In this document: positions 1 through 9,747 of the stretch, piece after piece
Layout of the letters: each line of letters begins with the position of its first letter
How positions within the stretch are numbered: position 1 is the stretch's first letter
Origin: an uncultured Trueperaceae bacterium
GTDB taxonomy: Bacteria; Deinococcota; Deinococci; Deinococcales; Trueperaceae
Assembly: GCA_963799485.1 (NCBI GenBank)
Contig: CAWCXJ010000013.1
Location: 96,001-160,000 of the forward strand
Reading direction: 5' to 3'
Length of the DNA: 64,000 nt
Position numbers and translations under genes: made by a program
Notes under the pieces: model-generated
The model's input: only the letters and a program-made list of their open reading frames with translations
The model's database searches: none
What the model was told of the DNA's origin: nothing

Positions 1-119
1 GGCTTGCACATACGCCACAAGGTGCGGTTATCGCCGTTGCGGGCAGTCTTTACCTCATCGGTGAGATGCGTCCGCTGCTTTTAGCAGAAGAAACCGAGCC
101 GTGGGCGCGGTGGCAGTAA
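1..119 (+). CDS. folC: Folylpolyglutamate synthase/dihydrofolate synthase, C-terminal end (partial)
   Basis: Frame from nt 3 reads LAHTPQGAVIAVAGSLYLIGEMRPLL...WQ*; GSLYLxGE is the FolC C-terminal motif; lies directly upstream of folP. Confidence 0.85.
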   Translation, partial: LAHTPQGAVIAVAGSLYLIGEMRPLLLAEETEPWARWQ

Positions 120-206
120 GACAGCAACAAAACTACGGAAGTAAAGTTTTCACAAGCGGAGTGTTTTCACAACACTTAAAGCCGCCGCAAGGGCTTATGA
201 AGTAGC

Positions 207-1103
207 ATGAACGCTGTGCAAGCAGTTGACAGAGCTACCTCGAGCCTCACTTTCGGCTACCCTGTCCCGAACGGAATTCGGGGCGCGGGCGGGTTTGTCT
301 GGAAGTGGCCCGGCACGGCGCTGATGGGTATTCTCAACCTTACGCCGGACAGTTTTTCCGACGGAGGCGCGTTTGACCGTCCGGACGCGGCCTTAAACCA
401 CGCCCGCACCCTGATAGAGGACGGCGCGCAAGTTCTCGACCTCGGCGGCGAATCGACCCGGCCCGGTGCGGAACCTGTGAGCGCCGAGACTGAACTGAAC
501 CGGGTGCTGCCCGTTTTACGCGAGTTGCGCGGTGCGGGTGTGCTGCTGAGTGTAGACACCTACAAACCCGAAGTCGCTGCCGAAGCGCTCAGGGCCGGGG
601 CGCACCTCATCAACGACGTGTCGGGGCTCCGCAATCCGACGATGGTGCAGGTCTGCGCGGCGGCGGGGGCACCCGTTATCATCATGCACATGCAGGGAAC
701 GCCCGAAACGATGCAGCAAAACCCGCATTACGACGATGTAAAGCTCGAGGTTCACACGTACCTGAAAAAGGCGGCAGCGCAGGCACTCGCTGCGGGCGTG
801 CCGTCGGTGATGCTCGACCCCGGTATCGGCTTTGGCAAGACGTTGGAACACAACCTGACGCTCCTTCGGAATCTACCCGACCTTGTTGCTTTGGGCCATC
901 CGGTTCTGCTGGGCGCGTCGCGTAAAGGTCTGATTCGGGCGCTGACAGGGGACGCCGTAAAAGTTTCAGCTGCTGAACGCGACCCCGGCAGTGTGGCGCT
1001 GCACCTCTGGGGCGCTCTAGCGGGGGTGGCGCTGGTGCGGGTTCACAACGTGCGGGCGCACAAGCAGGCGCTCGCGGTCTGGAACGCGTTAAATGAAAGC
1101 TGA
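207..1103 (+). CDS. folP: Dihydropteroate synthase
   Basis: MGILNLTPDSFSDGG, GGESTRPGA, DPGIGFGK, GASRK, VRVHNV motifs. Confidence 0.97.
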   Translation: MNAVQAVDRATSSLTFGYPVPNGIRGAGGFVWKWPGTALMGILNLTPDSFSDGGAFDRPDAALNHARTLIEDGAQVLDLGGESTRPGAEPVSAETELNRVLPVLRELRGAGVLLSVDTYKPEVAAEALRAGAHLINDVSGLRNPTMVQVCAAAGAPVIIMHMQGTPETMQQNPHYDDVKLEVHTYLKKAAAQALAAGVPSVMLDPGIGFGKTLEHNLTLLRNLPDLVALGHPVLLGASRKGLIRALTGDAVKVSAAERDPGSVALHLWGALAGVALVRVHNVRAHKQALAVWNALNES

Positions 1104-1461
1104 GGAGCTGGACAGGATCGTTCTGGTAGGGCTCGAGTTTCACGCCCGGCACGGCGTTTTTGACACCGAAACGCACTTCGGCGCACGCTTTGTTGTCGAT
1201 GTTGAACTCCTGCTGCCCTTGTCGGGTGCTGACGACCTCGCTGCGACGGTCGATTACAGCGCTGTGTACGACCTTGTTCGGGCTCAGGTCACGGAGACGC
1301 GGTTTTACCTTATCGAGGCGCTCGCCCACAAACTCGCCCAGACACTTTTAGAGGCGCAACCGCTCGTGCAAGCCGTCGTGGTGCGCGTGCATAAACCCCA
1401 CGCGCCGCTTCCGGGTATCGTCCGCGACGTTTTTGCCGAGGTGCGGCGTGAACGTGATTAG
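1093..1461 (+). CDS. folB: Dihydroneopterin aldolase
   Basis: FHARHGV, DDLAATVDYS, LIEALA, VHKPHAP motifs; overlaps folP stop. Confidence 0.96.
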   Translation: MKAEELDRIVLVGLEFHARHGVFDTETHFGARFVVDVELLLPLSGADDLAATVDYSAVYDLVRAQVTETRFYLIEALAHKLAQTLLEAQPLVQAVVVRVHKPHAPLPGIVRDVFAEVRRERD

Positions 1462-1870
1462 ACTGGCTCGGGACGCGCCGCTCGGCCCACTGGTCGAGGC
1501 AGCTCGAGCTGAAGGCTTCAGGTTTTTAGAACGGCTAAAGCTCGAGCTTTCTGCAGGGGACTTCGACAAACCGGGCGCTGTCTTGTTCGGCTTTAGGGGC
1601 GCTGAACTTAGAGGCGTCGTCGGCCTGACGCCCGACCCATACCCCGACGCCGGGCCGGATACCGGGCGACTTCGGCATTATGTGTTGCCCCGCTACCGTC
1701 GTATGGGTGTCGGGCAAGCGTTGGTCGCGTCTACTGCTAGGGCAGCTTTACGGCATTACCGCGTTTTGCGTTTGCGGACGAATACACCCGAAGCCGCCCG
1801 CTTTTACGAAACGCTGGGGTTTGCCTGTGTAAACGAACCCCATGCGACGCACATTTTAGCGTTTCGGTGA
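1448..1870 (+). CDS. GNAT family N-acetyltransferase
   Basis: AEGFRFLERL, YVLPRYRRMGVG acetyl-CoA motif, AARFYETLGF; start uncertain (GTG 1448 or 1454). Confidence 0.85.
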   Translation: MNVIRLARDAPLGPLVEAARAEGFRFLERLKLELSAGDFDKPGAVLFGFRGAELRGVVGLTPDPYPDAGPDTGRLRHYVLPRYRRMGVGQALVASTARAALRHYRVLRLRTNTPEAARFYETLGFACVNEPHATHILAFR

Positions 1871-2376
1871 ACGACCCTGGCACCGCCTACATCGCCCTTG
1901 GCAGCAACCTTTACGACCCGCCGGCGCAGCTTCGGCGGGCGCGGCGTGCTCTGGGCGCGTTAGGGGAGATTACGGGGGCCTCGAGCCTCTACCGCACGCT
2001 TCCGCTAGGTGGCCCACCGGGACAGGAAGACTACCTCAACGCGGTCATTGCGCTTAAACCTGTTACCCATGACCCGCACGGCTTGCTTGCTGAAATCTTG
2101 GGGCTCGAGGCCGACCAAGGCCGCACGAGACGCGTCCGCTGGGCTGCCCGCACGCTGGACCTCGACCTGCTCGCGTGGGGCGACCGGGTGCTGAACACGC
2201 CGTCCCTTACGCTGCCTCATCCACGGCTGCTGGAACGGGCGTTCGTTCTGGCTCCCTTGTGCGACCTCGCCCCCGCATGGCGTCATCCTGTCACCGGAGA
2301 AGTTGCCTGCACGCGCCTAGCCGGACTCGATGTTTCAGGTATCACTCGTACCGCGCTCAGTTGGGATGAAATCTAG
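1867..2376 (+). CDS. folK: 2-amino-4-hydroxy-6-hydroxymethyldihydropteridine diphosphokinase
   Basis: AYIALGSNL, YLNAV, RWAARTLDLDLL, LPHPRLLERAFVL. Confidence 0.97.
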   Translation: MNDPGTAYIALGSNLYDPPAQLRRARRALGALGEITGASSLYRTLPLGGPPGQEDYLNAVIALKPVTHDPHGLLAEILGLEADQGRTRRVRWAARTLDLDLLAWGDRVLNTPSLTLPHPRLLERAFVLAPLCDLAPAWRHPVTGEVACTRLAGLDVSGITRTALSWDEI

Positions 2377-2403
2377 GCGACAGGCGCGGTAGACTGCTCT
2401 TTC

Positions 2404-3093
2404 ATGCGCGTTTTTGCGATTGCCGACCCTCACCTTTCACGCGCCGACCCCAAACCCATGACGATTTTCGGCGACGGCTGGGCCGGACACCCGGAGCGTT
2501 TCTTTGCGGGCTGGCGCGAAACTGTCTCCGAGGGTGACCTCGTACTCGTCCCCGGCGACGTGTCGTGGGCGATGACTTTGGCGGGCGCACTCCCCGACCT
2601 TACCGACCTCGCCGCACTGCCGGGGCAAAAGGTGCTTTTGCGCGGTAACCACGATTACTGGTGGTCGTCGGTTTCCAAACTCCGCGCCGCGTTGCCGGCG
2701 GGAATGTTCGCGGTGCAAAACGACGCGCTGCGTTTGGGCTCGGTGGTCGTCGCCGGAACACGCGGCTGGGTCATGCCGGGGAGCAGCGACTTCAGCGCCG
2801 AAGACGAAAAGATTTACGGGCGCGAACTCGGACGGCTCAAGCTTTCACTCGCTGCCGCCGAAAAACTCAGACGCCCCGGCGACCGCTTTATCGTCATGCT
2901 GCACTATCCGCCGACGAACCTGCGGCTCGAGCCCTCCGGTTTTACCGAACTCTTAGCGGCTGCCGGGGCCGACGCGGTGGTGTTCGGGCATCTTCACGGC
3001 GAACGCCGCGCGGTAGCGCGTATCGGTGAAACTCCGGCCTACCTGGTTTCTGCCGATACGCTGGGATTCATACCCAAGCCGATTTTGACGTAG
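2404..3093 (+). CDS. Metallophosphoesterase (calcineurin-like)
   Basis: ADPHL, PGDVSW, RGNHDYW, MLHYPP, FGHLHG motifs. Confidence 0.92.
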   Translation: MRVFAIADPHLSRADPKPMTIFGDGWAGHPERFFAGWRETVSEGDLVLVPGDVSWAMTLAGALPDLTDLAALPGQKVLLRGNHDYWWSSVSKLRAALPAGMFAVQNDALRLGSVVVAGTRGWVMPGSSDFSAEDEKIYGRELGRLKLSLAAAEKLRRPGDRFIVMLHYPPTNLRLEPSGFTELLAAAGADAVVFGHLHGERRAVARIGETPAYLVSADTLGFIPKPILT

Positions 3094-3102
3094 AAGCTTC
3101 TC

Positions 3103-3594
3103 CTAAAGCTCGAGCTTTTCCGCCCAAGCGCCCAAAAGCTCAGCCAGCTCGCGCTGCTCTTTATCCGTCAGTCCGGCTAAAAGTTCGTTTTCGGTCGCCA
3201 AATGGGTTACGACCACCTCATCAACGAGTGTTCTACCCGCCGGGGTTAGCCCAACTAGCGTGCCGCGCCTGTCGTCGGGGTCGGGTAAGCGCTCGACCCA
3301 GCCGCGTTTTTCGAGCAAATCTATCCGGTGCGTCGTTGCCCCTGACGACAACATCATCTCTTGTTGCAGCCGGGTCGGGTTGAGCGTAAACGGTTCGCCG
3401 CTGCGCCGCAAGGTCGCGAGCAGGTCGAAGGTGCTGCCTTGCAGGTCGTAGCGCCTGAAGTTGGCCTCGAGCCGCCTTTCTACCTGCTTTGCCAACCGCG
3501 CCAACCGCCCAAGCACCCCCATCGCCGAAACGTCCAAATCAGGACGTTCCCGCTGCCACTGCGCCAGCACTCTACTCACCTCGTCTTTTGCCAC
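3103..3594 (-). CDS. MarR family regulator, PecS/UrtR (urate-responsive) type
   Basis: N-terminal QWQRERPDLD, FDLLATLRRSG, DPDDRRG; divergent from an EamA transporter. Confidence 0.88.
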   Translation of the reverse strand: MAKDEVSRVLAQWQRERPDLDVSAMGVLGRLARLAKQVERRLEANFRRYDLQGSTFDLLATLRRSGEPFTLNPTRLQQEMMLSSGATTHRIDLLEKRGWVERLPDPDDRRGTLVGLTPAGRTLVDEVVVTHLATENELLAGLTDKEQRELAELLGAWAEKLEL

Positions 3595-3621
3595 ACGCCA
3601 TTTTACCTCACTATGGAGCTT

Positions 3622-3663
3622 CTTGACATCAAGTTTTACATAAAGTATCTTTATATCAAGATG
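3622..3663. promoter_or_regulatory. Tandem palindromic MarR (PecS-like) operator sites
   Basis: CTTGACATCAAG (3622-3633), TTTTACATAAAG (3634-3645) and ATCTTTATATCAAGAT (3647-3662) lie between the divergent starts. Confidence 0.7.
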
Positions 3664-4548
3664 AGTATAACAGATCTTTTATTGACTGCCTCAACGCCTG
3701 TCGTTTGGGGAAGTACCTATCTGGTCACGACGGAACTTTTGCCTCCCGGTCGCCCTCTGCTGGCAGGTACCCTCCGCGCGCTGCCGGTAGGTTTGGTGCT
3801 TGTGCTGCTCTGCCGTAAACGGCCCCAAGGCCGCTGGTTGTGGCGTGTAGGCGTGCTCGGGTTTTTTAACATCGGGCTCTTTTTCACGTTTTTGTTTGTT
3901 GGTGCTTACCGTCTACCCGGGGGCGTGGCGGCAACACTCGGTGCGGTGGGGCCGCTGCTTGTCGCTGTTCTGGCGTGGTTCTGGTTGGGTCAAAAACCGG
4001 ACGCCGCAACGCTGCTGGCGGGCGTTATCGGCGTTATCGGCGTAGGTTTCTTGGTGCTCGGCCCCACCGCTGCGCTCGACCCGTTGGGTGTGGCGGCGGC
4101 GTCTGGCGGGGCGCTCAGCTTCGCGGTGGGGGTCGTGTTGACGAAACGTTGGGGCAAACCCGATGTACCTATGCTGCTCTTTACAGCCTGGCAACTTGTA
4201 GTGGGCGGCCTTTTTTTGGGGCTGCTCTCGCTTACGTTCGAGGGAACGCCGCCGCGCCTCACGACCCCTAACCTGCTGGGTTTTCTCTACTTGGGGGGTG
4301 TAGGGACGGGTTTGGCTTACGCACTGTGGTTTCGCGGCACCGAAAAGATAGGTGTGTCCGTCATTTTCCTCAGCTTGCTCAGCCCTGTGGTCGCGGCGCT
4401 GCTCGGCTACGGAGTACTTGCCCAAAGTTTCAGCGTGTGGCAAGGTTTCGGCGTTCTGCTCATCTTGGGTAGCGTGATAGCCGGGCAGTTGGGGGCGCGG
4501 TTTCTGAAGCGGTGCCTATCCAAGCTAGGGTTTGGGTTCCGGAACTGA
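3661..4548 (+). CDS. EamA/DMT transporter, PecM-like
   Basis: WGSTYLVTTELLPPGRPL, AYRLPGGVAATLGA, about 10 TM helices; ATG 3661 preferred over the longer ORF start. Confidence 0.9.
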   Translation: MSITDLLLTASTPVVWGSTYLVTTELLPPGRPLLAGTLRALPVGLVLVLLCRKRPQGRWLWRVGVLGFFNIGLFFTFLFVGAYRLPGGVAATLGAVGPLLVAVLAWFWLGQKPDAATLLAGVIGVIGVGFLVLGPTAALDPLGVAAASGGALSFAVGVVLTKRWGKPDVPMLLFTAWQLVVGGLFLGLLSLTFEGTPPRLTTPNLLGFLYLGGVGTGLAYALWFRGTEKIGVSVIFLSLLSPVVAALLGYGVLAQSFSVWQGFGVLLILGSVIAGQLGARFLKRCLSKLGFGFRN

Positions 4549-4640
4549 GCCGCTTTTCATACTCATAATGGCTCTCGGGGCCGTACGACTTGAGTTCTGC
4601 TGCGGTTCGCCAGATTTGTGCCGCGCCCCTACTGTAGTTT

Positions 4641-5777
4641 ATGCCTGCGTTCTACGCTAAGCCCGTGCCGACTTCCTTGTTACCTACACGGTCTGCTGAC
4701 GATAAAACCGCCCACGATATGTCTTTCCTGGTTGTTTTTTTGCTGCTGTTCTCCTGGGTCGGGATCGCCTCGGTTATCGGGCTTCAGCTGCTCGCGCCGA
4801 CTCTAACAAAAACGTATGCGCTCTACCCTCTGCTTTTAAGCACTGTCGTCTTGGGGCTGCCGCACGGCGCGTTCGATCACCTCGTGCCCTCACGCCTAAA
4901 GCTTTCCTGGGGACGCCACCCGTTCTGGCTGAGCGTTTATCTGCTCGGCTATCTTGCGCTCGCTAGTCTTTACTTTTACCTTTGGCTGCTCGCTCCGGCG
5001 GTCGCCTTCGCCGGTTTTTTGCTCCTCACCGTGTTTCATTGGGGAGAGGGCGACCTGCGTTTTCTGGAGTTTTTTCTCGGCTTTGCAAGGCCGAGCCGCA
5101 TCGGGGCCTCCCTGACGCTTCTGGTGCGGGGCGGGCTGCCTATCGTACTCCCCGTACTGGCGTTTCCGGAAACTGCTGAAAGCTTGTTTCACTACGCGGC
5201 GCTGGGGCTCGGGCTCGGGCGCACTACGCTTGACCTCTCTTCAGGTTGGCTGGCGACGTCCCTAGCCGTCAGTCTCGGGCTCGCCCTTCTGGGTTACCTC
5301 TTAAACGCCGTGCGCGCCGCGCCGAACGTCGCCGTACTGGGCATAGACGTTTTCGAGCTGCTCCTGCTTACGGGGTTATTTACCCTTGTTCCGGCGTATC
5401 TGGCGATAGGGGTCTATTTTACCCTCTGGCACTCACCGCGTCACCTCGCACGTCTACTTATGCTGGACGCCCGCGCTGCGCGACCCCTACTGCAGCGGAC
5501 GGGGCGGCTGGCCTTAGACGTGCTGCCGCTGACGCTGGTCGCGCTCGCGCTACTCGGCGGGCTTTATCTCGTGAGCGCTCCCAGAGTTGAAACGCTCGAG
5601 GGCTTTGTCGCGCTTTACCTCGTTTTGATCAGCGCACTTACCCTGCCTCATGCGGTTGTCGTGGCTCTGCTCGATGTCTGGAGACCAGCTATACCCCAAA
5701 CGGCTCGCGGGCACAAAAAAACCTCCCGCCGAGGGGAGGTCGCAAGGTTGGCAGGTAAGGCTAAAAACGCAGATTGA
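4641..5777 (+). CDS. blh: Brp/Blh family beta-carotene 15,15'-dioxygenase
   Basis: Four His motifs GLPHGAFDH, FHWGEGD, WHSPRH and LTLPH in a multi-TM protein. Confidence 0.9.
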   Translation: MPAFYAKPVPTSLLPTRSADDKTAHDMSFLVVFLLLFSWVGIASVIGLQLLAPTLTKTYALYPLLLSTVVLGLPHGAFDHLVPSRLKLSWGRHPFWLSVYLLGYLALASLYFYLWLLAPAVAFAGFLLLTVFHWGEGDLRFLEFFLGFARPSRIGASLTLLVRGGLPIVLPVLAFPETAESLFHYAALGLGLGRTTLDLSSGWLATSLAVSLGLALLGYLLNAVRAAPNVAVLGIDVFELLLLTGLFTLVPAYLAIGVYFTLWHSPRHLARLLMLDARAARPLLQRTGRLALDVLPLTLVALALLGGLYLVSAPRVETLEGFVALYLVLISALTLPHAVVVALLDVWRPAIPQTARGHKKTSRRGEVARLAGKAKNAD

Positions 5778-6684
5778 TCCCGCTCGAGAGTTCCGCATCT
5801 ACGTTACTGACCGGCGCAAAGCTGTATGAGGTTATCAGCTGCACAAAAAGTCCGACGCGCGGCGTAACTGCGTACTCGCCGCCGAAAGGTGTCTCGAGTA
5901 ACAGTGAATCGCCGCCGGACCGCATCGTCCCGCCAAACCCCAGCCCCCCGTAAACTTTGAGCTCATCGACGAGCAGTTCGGCTTTGGTCAGGATGTCGGC
6001 GCTAAACCGCAGTTCGCCGCTGCCCCCGTTGAAGGTGAGCCGCGCAGCCGGCCCGACCGGGCCGATCAGCCCGTCGTAACCGGTTTGGACGCTTAAGTAA
6101 ACGTCGCCCGCAGTCGAGATGACCCCCGGCGAAATCCCGACGAAAAACGGGTATTCAGGGCGGGCGCTAAAACGAATATCGACGAGTCTGAGTCCGGTGA
6201 CGGGCGTGCTGCTTGGCTGGGCCGCAGTTTCACCCGCGGGTGTGGTCAAGGCTGCTACGTCGCTGTCGTTTTGCCCCGGCGGTACCGTCTCGAGGTTGAG
6301 CGCGGTCTCGAGCGCCGAGATGCGCGTCTCGAGCCGCCTGGTATAGGCGAGTGAGGAGGCGTTACGAAGCGCATTCTCGACCGTTCCGAGCCGGTCGGAA
6401 AGGGCTTTGGCTGTTCCGCCACTCGTCGGAATGTCGCCGCTCGCATACTCCAGCAGCCGCGCCGCAATAACCGAGACTTCGTAGCGCGTCGCCGCGCGCG
6501 TCCCGTCAAAGCGTCCATCCGGATACCCCGTCACGATACCTAAGTCCGCGAGTTCACGAACCGAATCAAAGGCCCAGTGGGTCTCAGGCAGGTCGTAAAA
6601 GGGCGCGTTTTGCGCCAGCGCGGGTGCCAAAAAAGTCGCGCCTACCGCGAGCGCGATAAGCTGCAACCTCAACCTTGTCGTCAT
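5761..6684 (-). CDS. Secreted S-layer homology (SLH) domain protein with C-terminal beta-barrel-like region
   Basis: Signal peptide; FYDLPETHWAFDSV...GIVTGYPDGRFDG...TRYE SLH motif; beta-strand C-terminus ending in F. Confidence 0.85.
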   Translation of the reverse strand: MTTRLRLQLIALAVGATFLAPALAQNAPFYDLPETHWAFDSVRELADLGIVTGYPDGRFDGTRAATRYEVSVIAARLLEYASGDIPTSGGTAKALSDRLGTVENALRNASSLAYTRRLETRISALETALNLETVPPGQNDSDVAALTTPAGETAAQPSSTPVTGLRLVDIRFSARPEYPFFVGISPGVISTAGDVYLSVQTGYDGLIGPVGPAARLTFNGGSGELRFSADILTKAELLVDELKVYGGLGFGGTMRSGGDSLLLETPFGGEYAVTPRVGLFVQLITSYSFAPVSNVDAELSSGINLRF

Positions 6685-6744
6685 CGAAACACCTCCGGGT
6701 CAAGATTACGCTACGTTAGCCTCCCGTAAGTGTGACGCACATGA

Positions 6745-7161
6745 TTAAGCGCGTGCGACCGGCAGCGCGGCTTTCGGTATTGTTAAACCCGGCGGCAAGG
6801 GTTGCCGCTCCCCGGCCTCCTGAACGAGCGTGTGATAGTGCGTGACGGCGTCCTCACCCTGTGCCCAGCAGAGATAAACGACCTCAGCGCCGAGTTTGCC
6901 GGGAAAATCGACGACGCCGTGCTCGAGGTCTTTGACAAATACGCCCAAGCGGTCGAGTTCGGCCTTGGTCAGCTGCGCGCTCTCTACGATAAACGTCAGT
7001 TCGGCGCTGAGCTGCTGCGCGCGGAGGCTCTCCGGACGGAGCCCCGCGCGTTCACGTTGCAGCCGCTGCACGTCCCTGAGCGCCCCTTGCAGGTCGCGGA
7101 GCAGCGGGTCGACGACGCCGAGAAGGCCGGTCGCTTGGGACGGCGTAAAAAGTTTGTACAT
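6745..7161 (-). CDS. DUF2203 family protein
   Basis: LFTPSQA start, GVFVKDLEHGVVDFP, VYLCWAQGE..VTHYH..GERQPL. Confidence 0.8.
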   Translation of the reverse strand: MYKLFTPSQATGLLGVVDPLLRDLQGALRDVQRLQRERAGLRPESLRAQQLSAELTFIVESAQLTKAELDRLGVFVKDLEHGVVDFPGKLGAEVVYLCWAQGEDAVTHYHTLVQEAGERQPLPPGLTIPKAALPVARA

Positions 7162-7287
7162 CCTCCACCACCTTTCGTACTACGTTTACTATAGCTGCCA
7201 GGGTCTTACAAAGATGTCACACCTTATACAAAACCTGAGCGCAACCGTATCAAGTCCTGTAAAAACCGAGGTGATAGACTCGGGGGC

Positions 7288-8565
7288 GTGAGCCTTTTTG
7301 AAACGCGGCCTCTAGCCGAACGCGTCCGCCCTCGCAGCCTGGAAAAATTTGTCGGTCAGACGCATCTGCTCGGCGACGGCAAACCCCTGAGCGTCGCCGT
7401 AAAACGTCACAACCTGCGTTCGCTGCTGCTCTGGGGGCCGCCCGGTGTCGGCAAAACGACGCTGGCGCAGCTTTTGGCCGACGCGAGCGGCGCGCGTTTT
7501 GTCGGGCTCTCGGCAGTTACGGCGGGGGTTAAAGAGATTCGCGCGGTTGCGGCAGAAGCTGCGTCGGCGCGAGGCGTGGGCACCGCGACGCTACTCTTTT
7601 TAGATGAAGTTCACCGCTTTAACAAGGCGCAGCAGGATTTGCTGTTGCCGTTCGTCGAGGACGGTACGCTGCTCTTTATCGGCGCGACGACTGAAAACCC
7701 GTCGTTCGAGGTCAACGGGGCGTTGCGCTCCCGGCTTCAGCTCTTCGTCCTGCACGCGCTCTCTGAAAAAGAACTCGTCACCCTGCTGGAGCGTGCGCTG
7801 GTTCACCCGGACGGATTTAACGGCGCGCTGTCGGTCACGCCCGATGCCCTGACGATGCTGGCAGGGTGGGCCGACGGCGACGGAAGGCGGGCGTTGGGAG
7901 CGCTCGAGACCGCCGCGCCTTACGCTGAAAACGGGAGGCTGGACGCCCCGCAAATCAAAGACGCCCTGCAAGCCAAGGGTTTGGCGTTCGACAAGGGTGG
8001 TGAGCATTTCTACAACCTCACGAGCGCGCTGCACAAGTCCGTGCGCGGTTGCGACCCCGACGCGTCGCTCTACTGGCTCGCGCGCCTCCTGAGCGGCGGG
8101 GCCGACCTCATGTACGTCGCCCGCAGGCTTGTCCGCATCGCCTCCGAAGATGTCGGGCTCGCCGACCCGAACGCCCTGCGGCTGGCCCTCGCCGCCCGCG
8201 ACGCCGCGCAGTTTTTGGGCGTTCCCGAAGGTGAACTCGCCCTCGCCGAGGCCACGGTCTATCTGGCTGTCGCACCTAAATCGAACGCTGTTTATACCGC
8301 TTGGAAAGCAGCCAGGGCCGACGCTGAACGTTTCGCGGCTGCCGAAGTCCCCCTCCATCTCAGAAATGCTCCTACGGGTCTGCTGAAACGCCTCGGTTAC
8401 GGAAAGGGCTACCGCTACTATTTCGACGACCCTGAGGCAAGTTTTAAGCAGCCGTACCTCCCGGATGAGGTGCGGGGCAGGTATTACACGGCGGACGGAG
8501 AAGGCTGGGAGCAAAAGGTGCGGGAGCGGTTGGCAAAGTTTACGGCGCTTAAAAAAGCCCGTTAA
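7288..8565 (+). CDS. rarA: Replication-associated recombination protein A (RarA/MgsA AAA+ ATPase)
   Basis: [59 protein letters not shown]. Confidence 0.96.
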   Translation: MSLFETRPLAERVRPRSLEKFVGQTHLLGDGKPLSVAVKRHNLRSLLLWGPPGVGKTTLAQLLADASGARFVGLSAVTAGVKEIRAVAAEAASARGVGTATLLFLDEVHRFNKAQQDLLLPFVEDGTLLFIGATTENPSFEVNGALRSRLQLFVLHALSEKELVTLLERALVHPDGFNGALSVTPDALTMLAGWADGDGRRALGALETAAPYAENGRLDAPQIKDALQAKGLAFDKGGEHFYNLTSALHKSVRGCDPDASLYWLARLLSGGADLMYVARRLVRIASEDVGLADPNALRLALAARDAAQFLGVPEGELALAEATVYLAVAPKSNAVYTAWKAARADAERFAAAEVPLHLRNAPTGLLKRLGYGKGYRYYFDDPEASFKQPYLPDEVRGRYYTADGEGWEQKVRERLAKFTALKKAR

Positions 8566-8759
8566 CGTATCTGTTTGGTATCAAGCACGGCTGAAGTCGG
8601 TTTACGGCGCACGCTCGCGCCTACCTCAACGTTGAGGTTTGGCGAAAACCTGATGTTTGCACGGTTCAAGCTTGGTAACTACGCCTGTTTACACCGGCAG
8701 GGAGGCTCGCGGACGTTTTGGCAGATGGTATCTGCTTTCGACCCTTGACTAAAGTTTGA

Positions 8760-9509
8760 CTAAAGGTTATAAACCTGCCGTGCGTTCGCGTCGAGGTGAG
8801 GCTCGAGTCCTGCTAGCTCAACACCGCGCAACTCGGCTAAAAACGCGGCGGTGTAACGCACATTTCCCGGCACGTTGCGCCGTCCGCGCCTGGGTTCCGG
8901 CGACAAATACGGGCTGTCGGTTTCGACGAGCAACCGGTCTTCGGGGATTTTTAGGGCGGCGGCTTGCAGGTTCTTGGCGCTTTTGTAGGTCAGGTTTCCG
9001 GCAAACGAAACGTGCCAGCCCAGCTCCAGGCCCGCGCGCAACAGTCCTTCGTGTGCGTTAAAGCAGTGCAAGATGCCCTGCGTGTGACCGGCTGCCAAGA
9101 GGGCGTCTCGAGCTGCAACTGACGCGGTTTCCTCACCTTGTTTGTCCCTGACGTGTAAAACGAGCGGTTTTTTGAGATGCTTGGCAAGCTCGGCGTGCCA
9201 GAAAAAGACTTCACGTTGCACCTCCAGAGCAACTTTGTCCCAATAGGTATCGAACCCGGTCTCGCCGATACCGACGACTTTGGGGTGCTCGGCGAGCTGT
9301 TCGATGGCGGCCCTAACTGCCGGGGTCGCCTCGTCTGCACTGTTCGGGTGAACGCCCAAAACCGCCCGGACGTTTTCGAAAGTTTGGGCCAGTTCCAAGG
9401 TGCGGCGGCAACTCGCCTCATCCGTACCGACGCTGACGATAGCGGCGAGGCCGGGGTCAACCGCGTCGGGTACATTACACGCGTCGAGGTGGCAGTGCGT
9501 ATCGATCAT
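8760..9509 (-). CDS. tatD: TatD family hydrolase
   Basis: MIDTHCHLD, GVHP, IGETGFD, ILHCF, LVETDSPYL. Confidence 0.93.
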   Translation of the reverse strand: MIDTHCHLDACNVPDAVDPGLAAIVSVGTDEASCRRTLELAQTFENVRAVLGVHPNSADEATPAVRAAIEQLAEHPKVVGIGETGFDTYWDKVALEVQREVFFWHAELAKHLKKPLVLHVRDKQGEETASVAARDALLAAGHTQGILHCFNAHEGLLRAGLELGWHVSFAGNLTYKSAKNLQAAALKIPEDRLLVETDSPYLSPEPRRGRRNVPGNVRYTAAFLAELRGVELAGLEPHLDANARQVYNL

Positions 9510-9747
9510 GCGCCCAAGCATAACGTGCTTACGCTGCGCTGACACACGCCCGCTAAACTTACCGCAAGTACGCCGCAAGCCGCATTTTTTACGCTATGAC
9601 TATGACCTCGACCCCGACACCGCCCCCCCTCCGGCGTCTTTCCCCTCACCTTGTTCGGCCTTGCCGCCTTAAGCTGCGCTTAAGGTTCGGCCCGAATAGT
9701 GGAAGGCGAGGAGGCGTTTTGTGCGCTTGTCAAGTGCAGGTGACCCT

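Noticed and set aside
8623..8638. Perfect 16-bp palindrome ACCTCAACGTTGAGGT
   Set aside because: Single copy between convergent genes with no promoter context; chance or a terminator element
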